This document shows positions 11,887 through 21,795 of a DNA stretch of 64,000 bases, one piece after another; the stretch's first letter is position 1, and each line of letters begins with the position of its first letter. The position numbers and the translations under genes are program-made. Under the pieces are notes generated by a model that saw only the letters and a list, made by a program, of their open reading frames with translations, was not told the DNA's origin and ran no database searches. The stretch spans positions 1,235,171 through 1,299,170 of the forward strand of contig CAVTDJ010000002.1 in the NCBI GenBank assembly GCA_963733575.1. Reading direction: 5' to 3'. The DNA comes from an uncultured Alphaproteobacteria bacterium. GTDB lineage: Bacteria; Pseudomonadota; Alphaproteobacteria; Rhizobiales; Xanthobacteraceae.

Positions 11887-12429
11887 TCACATCGTGCCCA
11901 TGTGGCCGATCAATAACCCGTCGGCGATCTTCTTCTGTTCGTCGGTAAGCACGGCGTAGAGTGGCGTGAGAGCCGATTTCGTTTCCTTCACTGCATCAAG
12001 CGCAGCGGTCATCATCCGTTCCATCCGATCAAGTCGATCAGGTGCGCTCATGGATGCGCCGCCTTGGCCCATCATTCCACCCTGCATCATTGAGTTCCGC
12101 ATTTCCGTCATCCGCCGGCCATTGGCGCGCAGCACGTCGGCGAAGGCACTCCAGGCGCTCATCTGCGCGTCGGTTATTTTTAACTCGGCCTTGAGGAAGG
12201 CGATTCGACCCTCGACGTGATCTCCCATTCCCATCATGGACATCATGCCGTGGCCCATCATCCGCATCATGCCGCCCTGGCCCATCATGCCCATCATGCC
12301 GGACTGACCACCCTGGCTCGTCTCGCCCGGCGACGATGCAGTTTGGGCAAAGCCGGCGGGAGCGAGTGCAAACGCCAAGGCTAGCGCCAAGCCGATGGCC
12401 GGCAGGTAAATGTAGGGGCGCACGTTCAT
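11887..12429 (-). CDS. Methionine-rich periplasmic Spy/CpxP-like (LTXXQ) protein
   Basis: Has a signal peptide (LALALAFALAPAGFAQ) and the Met/His/Gly tract GMMGMMGQGGMMRMMGHGMMSMMGMGDH. Two LTXXQ-like helices follow (KITDAQMSAW, LTDEQKKIAD). A GGAGG lies 6 nt upstream of ATG 12429. Confidence 0.65.
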   Translation of the reverse strand: MNVRPYIYLPAIGLALALAFALAPAGFAQTASSPGETSQGGQSGMMGMMGQGGMMRMMGHGMMSMMGMGDHVEGRIAFLKAELKITDAQMSAWSAFADVLRANGRRMTEMRNSMMQGGMMGQGGASMSAPDRLDRMERMMTAALDAVKETKSALTPLYAVLTDEQKKIADGLLIGHMGTM

Positions 12430-12582
12430 AGCCATCCTCCACAGTGATGAGTGAAAATGCTTTTCATGGTCGTCTCTCCGTGCGACCGGCACATTGATCC
12501 ACGTCAATCAAACGGCAGACCCAAAGAGATATAAAAATTCTCGTGCGAGCGCAGGCGGAGAGCCGAAGCCGCCTGGAAAACG

Positions 12583-12858
12583 TCAACGTTCGGCACGGCT
12601 GAGCACATCCATCAGTTCCGCGACCTTGCGGCGCTGCTCGCCCTTGTTGCCGGACGTAATCGCGTGCTCGACGCAGTGCGCGACGTGGTCGGCGAGGATT
12701 TCCTCCTCCGCCTTGCGCAAGGCGGCGCGTACGGCCGAGAGCTGAGTGACGATGTCGATGCAATAGCGGTCGTCCTCGACCATGCGCGATAAGCCGCGCA
12801 CCTGGCCCTCGATACGCTTCAGCCGCTTGAGCACTAACGTCTTGGCATTCGATCGCAT
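12583..12858 (-). CDS. csoR: CsoR/RcnR/FrmR-family metal-sensing repressor (Cu-type C-H-C ligand pattern)
   Basis: 91 aa. The LKRIEGQVRGLSRMVEDDRYCIDIVTQL...DHVAHC pattern carries Cys, then His and Cys four residues apart, as in Cu(I)-sensing CsoR. It is divergent from copA. Confidence 0.8.
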   Translation of the reverse strand: MRSNAKTLVLKRLKRIEGQVRGLSRMVEDDRYCIDIVTQLSAVRAALRKAEEEILADHVAHCVEHAITSGNKGEQRRKVAELMDVLSRAER

Positions 12859-12868
12859 GACGGTTATA

Positions 12869-12883
12869 TACCCCTACCGGGTA
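12869..12883. promoter_or_regulatory. Candidate CsoR operator in the csoR-copA divergent intergenic region
   Basis: Inverted repeat TACCC-ctacc-GGGTA, embedded in TATATACCCCTACCGGGTACCC. It lies 10 nt from the csoR start and 23 nt from the copA ATG. It resembles the GC-rich TACCC..GGGTA pseudo-palindromes described for CsoR operators. Confidence 0.55.
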
Positions 12884-12905
12884 CCCGTTTCAAGCAGGTT
12901 TGGTC

Positions 12906-15245
12906 ATGGAACATTCGGCTTGCTGCTCACATGATGCCGGCGGTACCGCGATCGATCCGGTCTGCGGAATGACGGTCCAGCCCGCGACCTCGAAATATCG
13001 CGCGGAACATGACGGCGTCGCGTACCATTTCTGTAGCGCGAAATGTCAGTCCAGATTCATCGCCGATCCGCAGAAATACCTTAGCAAGGAGACCGCCAAA
13101 CCGGCGCCGGCGCCAGTAGCGCCGCAGGGCACCATCTACACCTGCCCGATGCATCCGCAGATCCGGCAGGTGGGACCGGGCTCCTGCCCGATCTGCGGCA
13201 TGGCGCTGGAGCCGGTCGGCGTCGGCGAGGAAAGCGGCCCAAGTCCCGAACTTGTCGACATGACTCGCCGCTTCTGGATCGGCACCGTGCTGGCCGTCCC
13301 GACGGTGCTGCTGGAAATGGGCGCGCACTTTCCGGGCCTCAACCTTCACCACTATATCTCGCCGCAAGTCTCGGTATGGCTGCAGTTTTTGCTCGCAACA
13401 CCAGTCGTTCTGTGGGCCGGCTGGCCGTTCTTCGTGCGTGGCTGGGCGTCGGTTCGCTATCGCTCGCTCAACATGTTCAGCCTGATCGCGCTGGGTGTCG
13501 GCGCCGCCTATGCCTACAGCCTTGCTGCGACCTTCGCTCCGGAACTCTTTCCGCAGGGCTTGCGCCAGGAAGGGGGCATTATTCCCGTCTACTATGAGGC
13601 GGCTGCCGTCATTACGGTGCTCGTCCTGCTTGGCCAAGTTCTGGAACTGCGGGCGCGCGAGCAGACCGGGAGCGCCATCCGCGCCCTGTTAAACCTCGCG
13701 CCGAAAACGGCGCGGCGGATCCGCGATGACGGCAACGATGAAGAGGTACCGCTGGAGCAAGTCCAGATCGGCGATCGCCTCAGAGTCCGTCCTGGCGACA
13801 GCGTGCCGGTTGACGGCGCCGTCGAGGAAGGCCGGAGCGCCATCGACGAATCGATGGTGACCGGCGAATCGATGCCGGTCGAGAAAGAGCCGGGCGCCAA
13901 GCTCATTGGCGGTACGATCAACGGCACCGGGAGCCTCATCATGCGCGCCGAGAAAATCGGCGCGGATACGATGCTCGCGCGCATCGTCCACATGGTGGCG
14001 GAAGCGCAGCGCAGCCGCGCGCCGATCCAACGGCTCGCCGATATCGTGTCCGCCTGGTTCGTTCCCGCCGTGATTCTCGTCGCGGTCGTGGCTTTCATTG
14101 TCTGGATGATCTGGGGACCGCCGCCTGCGTTCGCCTACGCATTGGTTGCAGCCGTGTCGGTCGTCATCATCGCCTGCCCTTGCGCGCTCGGTCTGGCGAC
14201 ACCGATGTCGATCATGGTCGGCGTCGGCAAAGGCGCGACCGCTGGCGTCCTGATCAAGAACGCCGAGGCGCTGGAGCGCTTCGAGAAGATCGACACGCTC
14301 GTCGCCGACAAAACCGGGACTTTGACCGAAGGGAAGCCGCGCGTGGTCGCGGTGGTTCCTGGCGAGGGCTTCGACGAAGCCACGGTGTTGTCGCTCGGAG
14401 CCAGTCTCGAACGGTCGAGCGAGCACCCGCTTGCCGCGGCGATCGTGGCTTCCGCCAAGCAGCGTAGCGTCGACCTGAAAGATGTGACCGACTTCGGTTC
14501 AGTCACCGGCAAGGGCGTTACCGGCACGATCGGCGGCCGAAAAGTGGCCGTCGGCAATGCCCAGCTTTTGAACGACATCGGAGTTGCCGGCGCCGGCCTG
14601 GAGGCACGAGCCGACGAGCTTCGGCGCGAAGGCGCGACGGCGATGTTTGTCGCCATTGACGGCCGGCCTGCCGGCATCATCGCGGTCGCCGATCCGATCA
14701 AGGCGACGACGCCCGCGGCACTCGCGAGCCTACGAGCCGATGGGGTTCGCATCGTCATGTTGACCGGCGACAATCGCACCACCGCGCAGGCGGTCGCCGC
14801 CAAGCTCGGCATTACCGACATTGAAGCTGAAGTGCTTCCGGAGCAGAAAAACGCCATCGTCCGGCGCTTGCGAAGCGAAGGCCGCATCGTCGCGATGGCC
14901 GGCGACGGCGTCAACGATGCTCCGGCGCTGGCTGAAGCCGACGTTGGCGTGGCAATGGGTACCGGAACGGATGTCGCGATGCAAAGCGCCGGCGTAACGT
15001 TGGTCAAGGGCGATCTTGCCGGCATCGCGCGTGCTCGCGCGCTGAGCCGGGCGACCATGCGCAACATCCGGCAGAATCTGGCGCTGGCCTTCGTTTACAA
15101 CATACTCGGCATTCCACTCGCGGCGGGCGTTCTCTATCCGGCCTTCGGGCTGTTGCTGAGCCCGATCATTGCGGCGGCAGCGATGAGTTTCAGCTCGGTA
15201 TCGGTCATCGCCAATTCGCTGCGTCTGCGCTTTGCACGACTATGA
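12906..15245 (+). CDS. copA: Copper-translocating P1B-type ATPase with N-terminal YHS/TRASH-type and CxxC metal-binding modules
   Basis: Contains [31 protein letters not shown] (YHS/TRASH-like) and [24 protein letters not shown]. It has the transmembrane CPC motif ([13 protein letters not shown]), DKTGTLT and GDGVNDAP. Confidence 0.9.
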   Translation: MEHSACCSHDAGGTAIDPVCGMTVQPATSKYRAEHDGVAYHFCSAKCQSRFIADPQKYLSKETAKPAPAPVAPQGTIYTCPMHPQIRQVGPGSCPICGMALEPVGVGEESGPSPELVDMTRRFWIGTVLAVPTVLLEMGAHFPGLNLHHYISPQVSVWLQFLLATPVVLWAGWPFFVRGWASVRYRSLNMFSLIALGVGAAYAYSLAATFAPELFPQGLRQEGGIIPVYYEAAAVITVLVLLGQVLELRAREQTGSAIRALLNLAPKTARRIRDDGNDEEVPLEQVQIGDRLRVRPGDSVPVDGAVEEGRSAIDESMVTGESMPVEKEPGAKLIGGTINGTGSLIMRAEKIGADTMLARIVHMVAEAQRSRAPIQRLADIVSAWFVPAVILVAVVAFIVWMIWGPPPAFAYALVAAVSVVIIACPCALGLATPMSIMVGVGKGATAGVLIKNAEALERFEKIDTLVADKTGTLTEGKPRVVAVVPGEGFDEATVLSLGASLERSSEHPLAAAIVASAKQRSVDLKDVTDFGSVTGKGVTGTIGGRKVAVGNAQLLNDIGVAGAGLEARADELRREGATAMFVAIDGRPAGIIAVADPIKATTPAALASLRADGVRIVMLTGDNRTTAQAVAAKLGITDIEAEVLPEQKNAIVRRLRSEGRIVAMAGDGVNDAPALAEADVGVAMGTGTDVAMQSAGVTLVKGDLAGIARARALSRATMRNIRQNLALAFVYNILGIPLAAGVLYPAFGLLLSPIIAAAAMSFSSVSVIANSLRLRFARL

Positions 15246-15420
15246 CCACGCTGTGGCCGGGCTCTCTGATGCGACGCGCTCAACGATGCGAGGACATTGG
15301 TCATCCGAGACCTGCGGGTATTGGCGGTCTCGATGACGATATAGACCTCATCGCCGGCCCGTGTTCTCGGCGATGCTCGTTGATCTCGCCCTTTCGGCCT
15401 GCTGCGGAAATTTCCGTTTC

Positions 15421-16680
15421 TCAGGCGATCGCGACGCGGTTCCGACCGCTGCTCTTCGCTGAATAGAGGGCACGGTCAGCGGCCCCGACTACGTCCAATG
15501 TCAACTCGTTGACGCCATTTGAGATTGCCGCGCCGAAGCTCGCCGAAATGGTTCTGGTTTCGCCGCCAAGGTCAAAGGGCGAGTCGGCAATCGCTTGGCG
15601 CAGGCGCTCGGCCGTCTTGCTCAACGATTCAGGTGTTGTAGGACCGGCTACAACAATAAGGAATTCTTCGCCACCATACCGACCAATCTGATCGCTTTCG
15701 CGGACGTGTCCTGCAAGGCGACGCGTAAATTCCTTCAAGGCCCTGTCGCCGGCACCGTGACCGAGGCTATCATTGATCGCCTTAAAGTGATCAAGATCCG
15801 CCATAATAACTCCAATTGGTTTGAGCGTCTGGGCTGCCTCTGTCAACGCCCGTTCCGCCGCTCGCATAATAGCGCCACGGTTGAGCGCCCCGGTTAGAGC
15901 ATCCCGACTTGCTACTTCTTCGAGCCTCCTGCCCTCCTCAATCAGTTGCCGGTTACGCTCGATGATATGCAGGTAGGTACGGCTATTGTCGATCACGGCC
16001 GAAACCTGGTTTGCAATTTCGCGGAAAGTGCTCTGGTGCGATTCTTGATACGAGTTTTTGTTCCGACTTGTGAAAAACAAAGCGCCGATCGGCCGATGCT
16101 CGACGACCAACGGGCAGGTAAGGCTTGATCGCCCACCTTCCAGCACGATGCGACGCGTCGCGTCCGACTGCGGCTTGGCTTCCAGATAGCTTTCCAGATC
16201 GTTCAAGATGCGTGGCTGACCGGTTTGCAGGACCTGGTTAAGGCTGCTTCCCGTCAACGGTTGCGAATATCCTGACGAAATTTGGAGTGGGCCAAGTTCG
16301 GAACGCGTCCAATAGGCGGTCAGGTGAGTCCCGTTGCGGGAAAGAAATGCGCAGGTGATGCGCTCGAAGGGGATCAGCCCAGTAAAGCCATCGAATATCC
16401 GGTTCAGGACGTCTTCCACCAACACGCCCTGCTCGACCGTTCCCACCAAGTCGAACAGTCGTCGGAGTTCCTGCTCTCGCCGGCTCAGGCTATCGGCAAG
16501 GAACTGCAGTTCCTGGCCAAGCCGCGCCAATGGATCGGGAATGTCGGAGGGCAGATCTGGAACTGGCTGCCCGCGTCGCAATTGTGCAACCCAGGCTGCA
16601 TATGCGTTCACCCGCTCGGCTACCAGGTCGAAATCGACGGCCGCCGTTGCCACGGTAATCTTTTCGCTTAGTGTCGGCAT
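15421..16680 (-). CDS. GAF-domain diguanylate cyclase (GGDEF)
   Basis: 419 aa. The C-terminal part reads [13 protein letters not shown]...[21 protein letters not shown]...[11 protein letters not shown], and the central region is GAF-like. Confidence 0.85.
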   Translation of the reverse strand: MPTLSEKITVATAAVDFDLVAERVNAYAAWVAQLRRGQPVPDLPSDIPDPLARLGQELQFLADSLSRREQELRRLFDLVGTVEQGVLVEDVLNRIFDGFTGLIPFERITCAFLSRNGTHLTAYWTRSELGPLQISSGYSQPLTGSSLNQVLQTGQPRILNDLESYLEAKPQSDATRRIVLEGGRSSLTCPLVVEHRPIGALFFTSRNKNSYQESHQSTFREIANQVSAVIDNSRTYLHIIERNRQLIEEGRRLEEVASRDALTGALNRGAIMRAAERALTEAAQTLKPIGVIMADLDHFKAINDSLGHGAGDRALKEFTRRLAGHVRESDQIGRYGGEEFLIVVAGPTTPESLSKTAERLRQAIADSPFDLGGETRTISASFGAAISNGVNELTLDVVGAADRALYSAKSSGRNRVAIA

Positions 16681-16989
16681 TCAAAAACGATGAAACCGAA
16701 TAATTAATTTCTTGCTTAATCAATGCGAGCAAAAAGCATTGAATGCCGCTCCTATTCCGCTCACGCTGCTCGGCCGCACAGCGAGGTAATGGAGTAGCTG
16801 CTTGCCGCATGTCTCTTAAGGGCCATTCGTGTCGCAAGCGACCGAGGCGGCGTGTCCGTCGCTTCCGGTGGCCGCCAAAACTTACCGGCAATTCGAGACG
16901 CGGGTCTGCGCAACTAGGCGAAGGGTGTTCTGAAATTATAATCGCGGAGTTTGAAGCCAGCATTCCGCAAACAGATCGGTGCCGAAACA

Positions 16990-19053
16990 CTATCCCCACG
17001 TCCGGCGCACGCGCTCGCGGATATCGACCGGCGCGCGGGCAGGCTTCGTGGATGCCTGCGCCGCGGCGGCGACGCGCGGCCAGGCGCAACATTCGAAACG
17101 ATCGAGCAGCGCCGCCGGAATAAATCGCGTGCGTGACGCATAGAGATGCCGGTCGCCGTTGCTTCTTTGCCCATGCACGAAGAAGCGCTGCGGCACGATC
17201 ACGTGCAGGTGGTCCTTGGCGCGCGTCATGGCAACGTAGAAAAGCCTCCGCTCTTCCTCAATCTCGGCGCTCGTTCCGGTCGCGAAGTCGGAAGGAAGGC
17301 AGCCATCGACTGCGTTCAGGATGTAGACCGACTTCCATTCCTGCCCCTTCGCCGAGTGAATGGTGGAGAGAATGAGGTAATCCTCATCGAGAAGCGGATC
17401 GCTGGCGCGATCGCTCGTCGCGTCCGGCGGATCAAGCGTTAGCTCGGTCAGAAACCGCTCCCGGCTGGGATAGGTCGAAGCGATCTGCACGAGTTGCAGG
17501 AGATCGGGCTGGCGCAGCATGGCGTCTTCATGGATGCGCTCTAGATGCGGCTCGTACCAGCGGCGGACGAGGTCAAGTTCCGCCGGCCAGCCCGCCGCCC
17601 TGCCGCGAACAAGGCGAACCGCTTCGACGAAGGCCGGCCAATGCTCGGCCGCTGCCGCCGGTGGTTTGATTTCGCCTAGCGCCTCAACGGCGTCGAAACG
17701 GTCGGCAACGCGCTCGAGTACGCGCACCGCCGTCGCCGGACCGGCGCCCGGCAGCAGTTGGATAACGCGGAAGCCGGCGACGCGGTCGCGCGGATTCTCC
17801 GCCCAGCGCAGGAAGGACAGCATGTCCTTGACGTGCGCGGCCTCGAGGAATTTCAGCCCGCCGAATTTCACGAATGGAATGTTGCGGCGGGTCAGTTCCA
17901 CTTCCAGCGGCCCGCTGTGGTGCGAGGCGCGGAACAGGACAGATTGCGTTTTGAGCGCAAGCCCTTGCTCGCGGCTCTCCAGAACTTTCTCGACGATGTA
18001 GAGCGCCTGATCCGCCTCGTCGCGCACGCCGACGATCTGCGGGCGCTCGGCGGACTTTCGCTCCGACCACAAATTCTTGGTGAAGCGCTCGTCCGCCAGT
18101 TCGATGACGGCGTTGGCCGCGGCCAGGATCGGCTGCGTCGAGCGGTAATTTTGCTCCAGCGTGACGATGGCCGCCCGCGGGCTGAAATGACCGGGAAAGT
18201 CGAGGATGTTGCGCACCGTCGCGGCGCGAAACGAATAGATCGATTGCGCGTCATCGCCGACGACGGTGAGACCCTTGCCATTGGGTCGCAGCGCCAGCAG
18301 CACGGAGGCCTGGAGCTTGTTGGTGTCCTGATATTCGTCGACCAGCACGTGATCGAAGCGCTCGGCAACTTCGCCTGCGATCGAGGGTTCGTGCATCATG
18401 TGCGCCCAATAAAGCAGGAGATCGTCGTAATCGAGCACGTGTTGCCGCTGCTTGATGTCGACATACTGCGCGAACAGCGCCCGAAGCTCGTCCTGCCACA
18501 TCGTGCACCACGGAAAGGACGAGCCCAAAACCTCATCCAGCGGCAGCTCGCCGTTCACCGCGCGCGAATAGATCGCGAGGCAGGTGTTTTTCGCCGGAAA
18601 GCGCTTCTCGGTTTTGGAAAAGCCGAGATCATGACGGACGAGGTTCATCAGATCGGCCGAATCCTCGCGATCGTGGATGGTGAAGGCGGGCGCGAGACCG
18701 ATCGTTTCGGCATATTCGCGCAGGAGCCGCGCGCCGATCGCGTGGAATGTGCCGGCCCAGGAAATTGCGTTGGCTAGTGCGCTACCCCTGCCCCGCATGA
18801 ATTCGACGACGAGCAGATCGACCCGCCGCGTCATCTCCGCCGCCGCGCGCCGCGAGAAGGTCAGAAGCATGATGCGCCGCGGATCGGCGCCTTGCTCGAT
18901 TAGGTAAGCAACGCGATGCGCCAGCGTCGAGGTCTTGCCCGACCCGGCCCCGGCGATGATGAGCAGCGGCCCGGCCTCGGCAAGCGGCAGACCGCCATAC
19001 TCGACGGCGCGGCGTTGTTGCGGATTGAGCTTTTGCAGGCGCGCCGCGGACAT
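16990..19053 (-). CDS. UvrD/Rep/PcrA-family ATP-dependent DNA helicase
   Basis: 687 aa with LNPQQRRAVEY, Walker A (AGAGSGKTSTLAHRVAYLI), VDEYQDTN, and the C-terminal blocks TIHSAKGQEW and YVAMTRAK. Confidence 0.9.
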   Translation of the reverse strand: MSAARLQKLNPQQRRAVEYGGLPLAEAGPLLIIAGAGSGKTSTLAHRVAYLIEQGADPRRIMLLTFSRRAAAEMTRRVDLLVVEFMRGRGSALANAISWAGTFHAIGARLLREYAETIGLAPAFTIHDREDSADLMNLVRHDLGFSKTEKRFPAKNTCLAIYSRAVNGELPLDEVLGSSFPWCTMWQDELRALFAQYVDIKQRQHVLDYDDLLLYWAHMMHEPSIAGEVAERFDHVLVDEYQDTNKLQASVLLALRPNGKGLTVVGDDAQSIYSFRAATVRNILDFPGHFSPRAAIVTLEQNYRSTQPILAAANAVIELADERFTKNLWSERKSAERPQIVGVRDEADQALYIVEKVLESREQGLALKTQSVLFRASHHSGPLEVELTRRNIPFVKFGGLKFLEAAHVKDMLSFLRWAENPRDRVAGFRVIQLLPGAGPATAVRVLERVADRFDAVEALGEIKPPAAAAEHWPAFVEAVRLVRGRAAGWPAELDLVRRWYEPHLERIHEDAMLRQPDLLQLVQIASTYPSRERFLTELTLDPPDATSDRASDPLLDEDYLILSTIHSAKGQEWKSVYILNAVDGCLPSDFATGTSAEIEEERRLFYVAMTRAKDHLHVIVPQRFFVHGQRSNGDRHLYASRTRFIPAALLDRFECCAWPRVAAAAQASTKPARAPVDIRERVRRTWG

Positions 19054-19191
19054 TGGGCCCGAATCACCGAGGACCGAACCCGGACTGAATCACGATTCCC
19101 GTTCTGTCCGCAACGCCCCGCTAGTGCGCCAAGTGTTGGCGGCAAATGCAGCTATCGGAGAAGCTGCAGCCGCCCTGACTGGCGACCAGAT

Positions 19192-20112
19192 TCAGTTCTC
19201 CGGCAACGGAATGAACTCCGTCTCGCCCGGCACGGGCGCGAAGCGGCCGGTTTTCCATTCCTCCTTCGCCTCTTCGATGCGCTCCTTGCGCGAGGAGACG
19301 AAATTCCACCACAGATAACGCGGGCCTTCCAGCGCCGCACCGCCGAGAAGCATCAGCCGCGACGGCCGCGTCGCCGTCACGGTGATGCGGTCGCCAGGAC
19401 GAAACACCAGGAGCTGCGGCGCCGCGAATTTGTCGCCGGCAATATCGACTTCGCCCTCGGCAACGTAGATGGCGCGCTCCTCATGGTCGGCGTCGAGCGG
19501 AGTACTCGCGCCCGCGTCGAGCAGCACTTCGGCGTAAAACCATTCCGACACCATGCCGACCGGGGACTTTTGGCCGAAGGCTGCGCCGGCGATCACGCGT
19601 GCGCGCACGCCGTTATCCTCAATGGTTGGGAGACTCGCGGCGTCGAAATGCTCGAACAACGGCGCCATTTCCTCGTGCTCTTGCGGCAGAGCGATCCAGC
19701 TCTGGATGCCGAACATGCCACCGCCACCGGTGCGCATGCTCGCGGGCGTGCGTTCGGAATGGGAGATGCCGCGGCCCGCGGTCATGAGGTTCATCGCGCC
19801 GGGCGTAATCTCCAATTCGTTGCCTTCGCTGTCGCGATGCGTGACCCGGCCGTCGAACAGGTAGGTGACGGTCGCAAGCCCGATATGCGGATGCGGGCGC
19901 ACGTCCATGCCCTGCCCGGCCATGAGCTGCACCGGCCCCATCTGGTCGAAGAAGATGAAGGGCCCGACCATCTGGCGCTTGCTGTGGGGAAGCGCGCGCC
20001 GGACGGAAAAGCCGCCGCCGAGATCGCGCACGCGGGGAATGACGATCAGTTCAAGCGCGTCGCACGAATGCTTGTCGCCGAGCACCGGGTCTTTATCGGG
20101 TAACCAGCTCAT
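19192..20112 (-). CDS. Pirin-family protein
   Basis: PHPHIGLATVTYLFDGRVTHRDSEGN...MTAGRGISHSE is a bicupin pirin pattern. The start is taken at ATG 20112, preceded by a GGGGAGAAGG purine-rich stretch. Confidence 0.85.
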   Translation of the reverse strand: MSWLPDKDPVLGDKHSCDALELIVIPRVRDLGGGFSVRRALPHSKRQMVGPFIFFDQMGPVQLMAGQGMDVRPHPHIGLATVTYLFDGRVTHRDSEGNELEITPGAMNLMTAGRGISHSERTPASMRTGGGGMFGIQSWIALPQEHEEMAPLFEHFDAASLPTIEDNGVRARVIAGAAFGQKSPVGMVSEWFYAEVLLDAGASTPLDADHEERAIYVAEGEVDIAGDKFAAPQLLVFRPGDRITVTATRPSRLMLLGGAALEGPRYLWWNFVSSRKERIEEAKEEWKTGRFAPVPGETEFIPLPEN

Positions 20113-20289
20113 CGCCCTTCTCCCCAAAATCCGCGGCGTCCGGCCCGGTACGGCGCGTCAGGTAAACTGCCCAGCCGATCGGGCTGCTTCGTTCGCCCTA
20201 TCAGGCTATGTATGATAGGTCCAATCAAGCCGCCATGGTCCGCCTTAGCCAAGTCTTTAGCTACAACTCGAGCTACAACTCGGCCTCTC

Positions 20290-21579
20290 ATGATTGCAGC
20301 ACCCTCACTGACGAGCGTGGCGCTCCTTCTCGGCTTGAGCCTGTTTCTCGGCTTGGCATTCGAGGACTTTTTCGCGCGCACCGACACCAAACGTCCGGGC
20401 GGCATCCGCACCTTTCCGATGCTCGCGTTCGGGGGCGGCGTGCTTTACCTGTTCGACCCGACACATTTCATTCCCTTCACCGGCGGCCTCATCGTGCTCG
20501 GGGCCTGGCTCGCGATCTTCTATCGCCAGCATGTGCAAGAGCAGGACGAGGAAGGCGAGCCGAATGTCGGGTTGGTCGTGCCGGTGCTCAATGTCCACGC
20601 CTATCTTCTTGGCGCCATCGCTCTTTCCTTGCCGCCGTGGGTAGCGGTGGCGTTTACCGTCGCCGCCGTCCTGCTCCTCACCGGGCGCGAAACGCTTCAC
20701 GCGCTGGCGCGGCGCGTCGAGTTGAAGGAGATCATCACCGCCGGCGAGTTTTTGATCCTGACGGGGATCATCCTGCCGCTCCTGCCGAACACACCGGTGA
20801 CGACGCTTACGACCATCACGCCGCGCCAGGCCTGGCTCGCGCTGGTCGTCGTCTGCAGTCTGTCCTACGTGAGCTACTTGGCCCAACACTACTGGACCGC
20901 GGCAGCGCGCGGATTATGGATGGCGGCATTGGGCGGCCTTTATTCGTCGACGGCGACGACCGTCGTGTTGGCGCGGCAGGCGAAGTCCGATGGAGCGATG
21001 CGAGGGCATGCGCAAGCCGGCATCACGCTCGCCACCGCCATCATGTATCTGCGTATCCTGGCCGTCGTGGCGTTCTTCAATTTGACACTGGCGCGAGAAC
21101 TGGCGTTGCCGCTGTGCGGCCTTTCGCTAGTCGGCTTGGCGGTTGCCGCGCTGCAATACCGTTTTTCAGCGCGGGCACCGGAAGCGAAGCCGCAGATTTC
21201 GTCCCTTCAACCGTCCGGCGGAAATCCCCTGGAGCTTGGTCCCGCGGCTCTCTTTGCAATTCTCTTCGTCGCAGTGTCGTTCGTGTCGAACTGGGCTAAA
21301 ACGCAGTTCGGAACCTCCGGTATCTATTCTCTCGCCGCCATCGTCGGCGTGACTGATATCGATCCTTTCGTGCTCAATTTGGCGCAAGGCGGCACGTCAG
21401 GAATGGCGAACAGCGCGCTGGCGGCGTCAATCCTGATCGCCGCTTCGTCGAATAATGTGCTCAAGGCCGCATATGCCGCCTTCTTCGCCGGCGGTCGCGC
21501 AACCGCCACCAGCGCGGCCGTGCTGGTGCTGCTCGCCATCGCCGGGGTCATGATCGCCCTGGTGATGGGCGGTTTGTAG
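20290..21579 (+). CDS. MgtC/SapB-family membrane protein with DUF4010-like C-terminal region
   Basis: Polytopic membrane protein. The N-terminus LLLGLSLFLGLAFEDFFAR...GGIRTFPMLA is typical of this family as I remember it. The start is uncertain. Confidence 0.6.
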   Translation: MIAAPSLTSVALLLGLSLFLGLAFEDFFARTDTKRPGGIRTFPMLAFGGGVLYLFDPTHFIPFTGGLIVLGAWLAIFYRQHVQEQDEEGEPNVGLVVPVLNVHAYLLGAIALSLPPWVAVAFTVAAVLLLTGRETLHALARRVELKEIITAGEFLILTGIILPLLPNTPVTTLTTITPRQAWLALVVVCSLSYVSYLAQHYWTAAARGLWMAALGGLYSSTATTVVLARQAKSDGAMRGHAQAGITLATAIMYLRILAVVAFFNLTLARELALPLCGLSLVGLAVAALQYRFSARAPEAKPQISSLQPSGGNPLELGPAALFAILFVAVSFVSNWAKTQFGTSGIYSLAAIVGVTDIDPFVLNLAQGGTSGMANSALAASILIAASSNNVLKAAYAAFFAGGRATATSAAVLVLLAIAGVMIALVMGGL

Positions 21580-21795
21580 AAGCACGTTACTTTGCCCGTT
21601 TACTTGGCCGCGGCGTGGGCGTGGCGGAATTCCTCAATCACCTTTTTGTTGAACGCCGGCAGATCGCCCGGCTCCGCGACGGCTACGCACCCGGCGCACT
21701 CCGCGGAACGCCAAGACGTAGAATCCGCTAGCGCCGATGCCGCGCCTCCGATAGTAGCAAACGTAAGGCTTAGTCAGCTTGCCAACCGCATCGCC

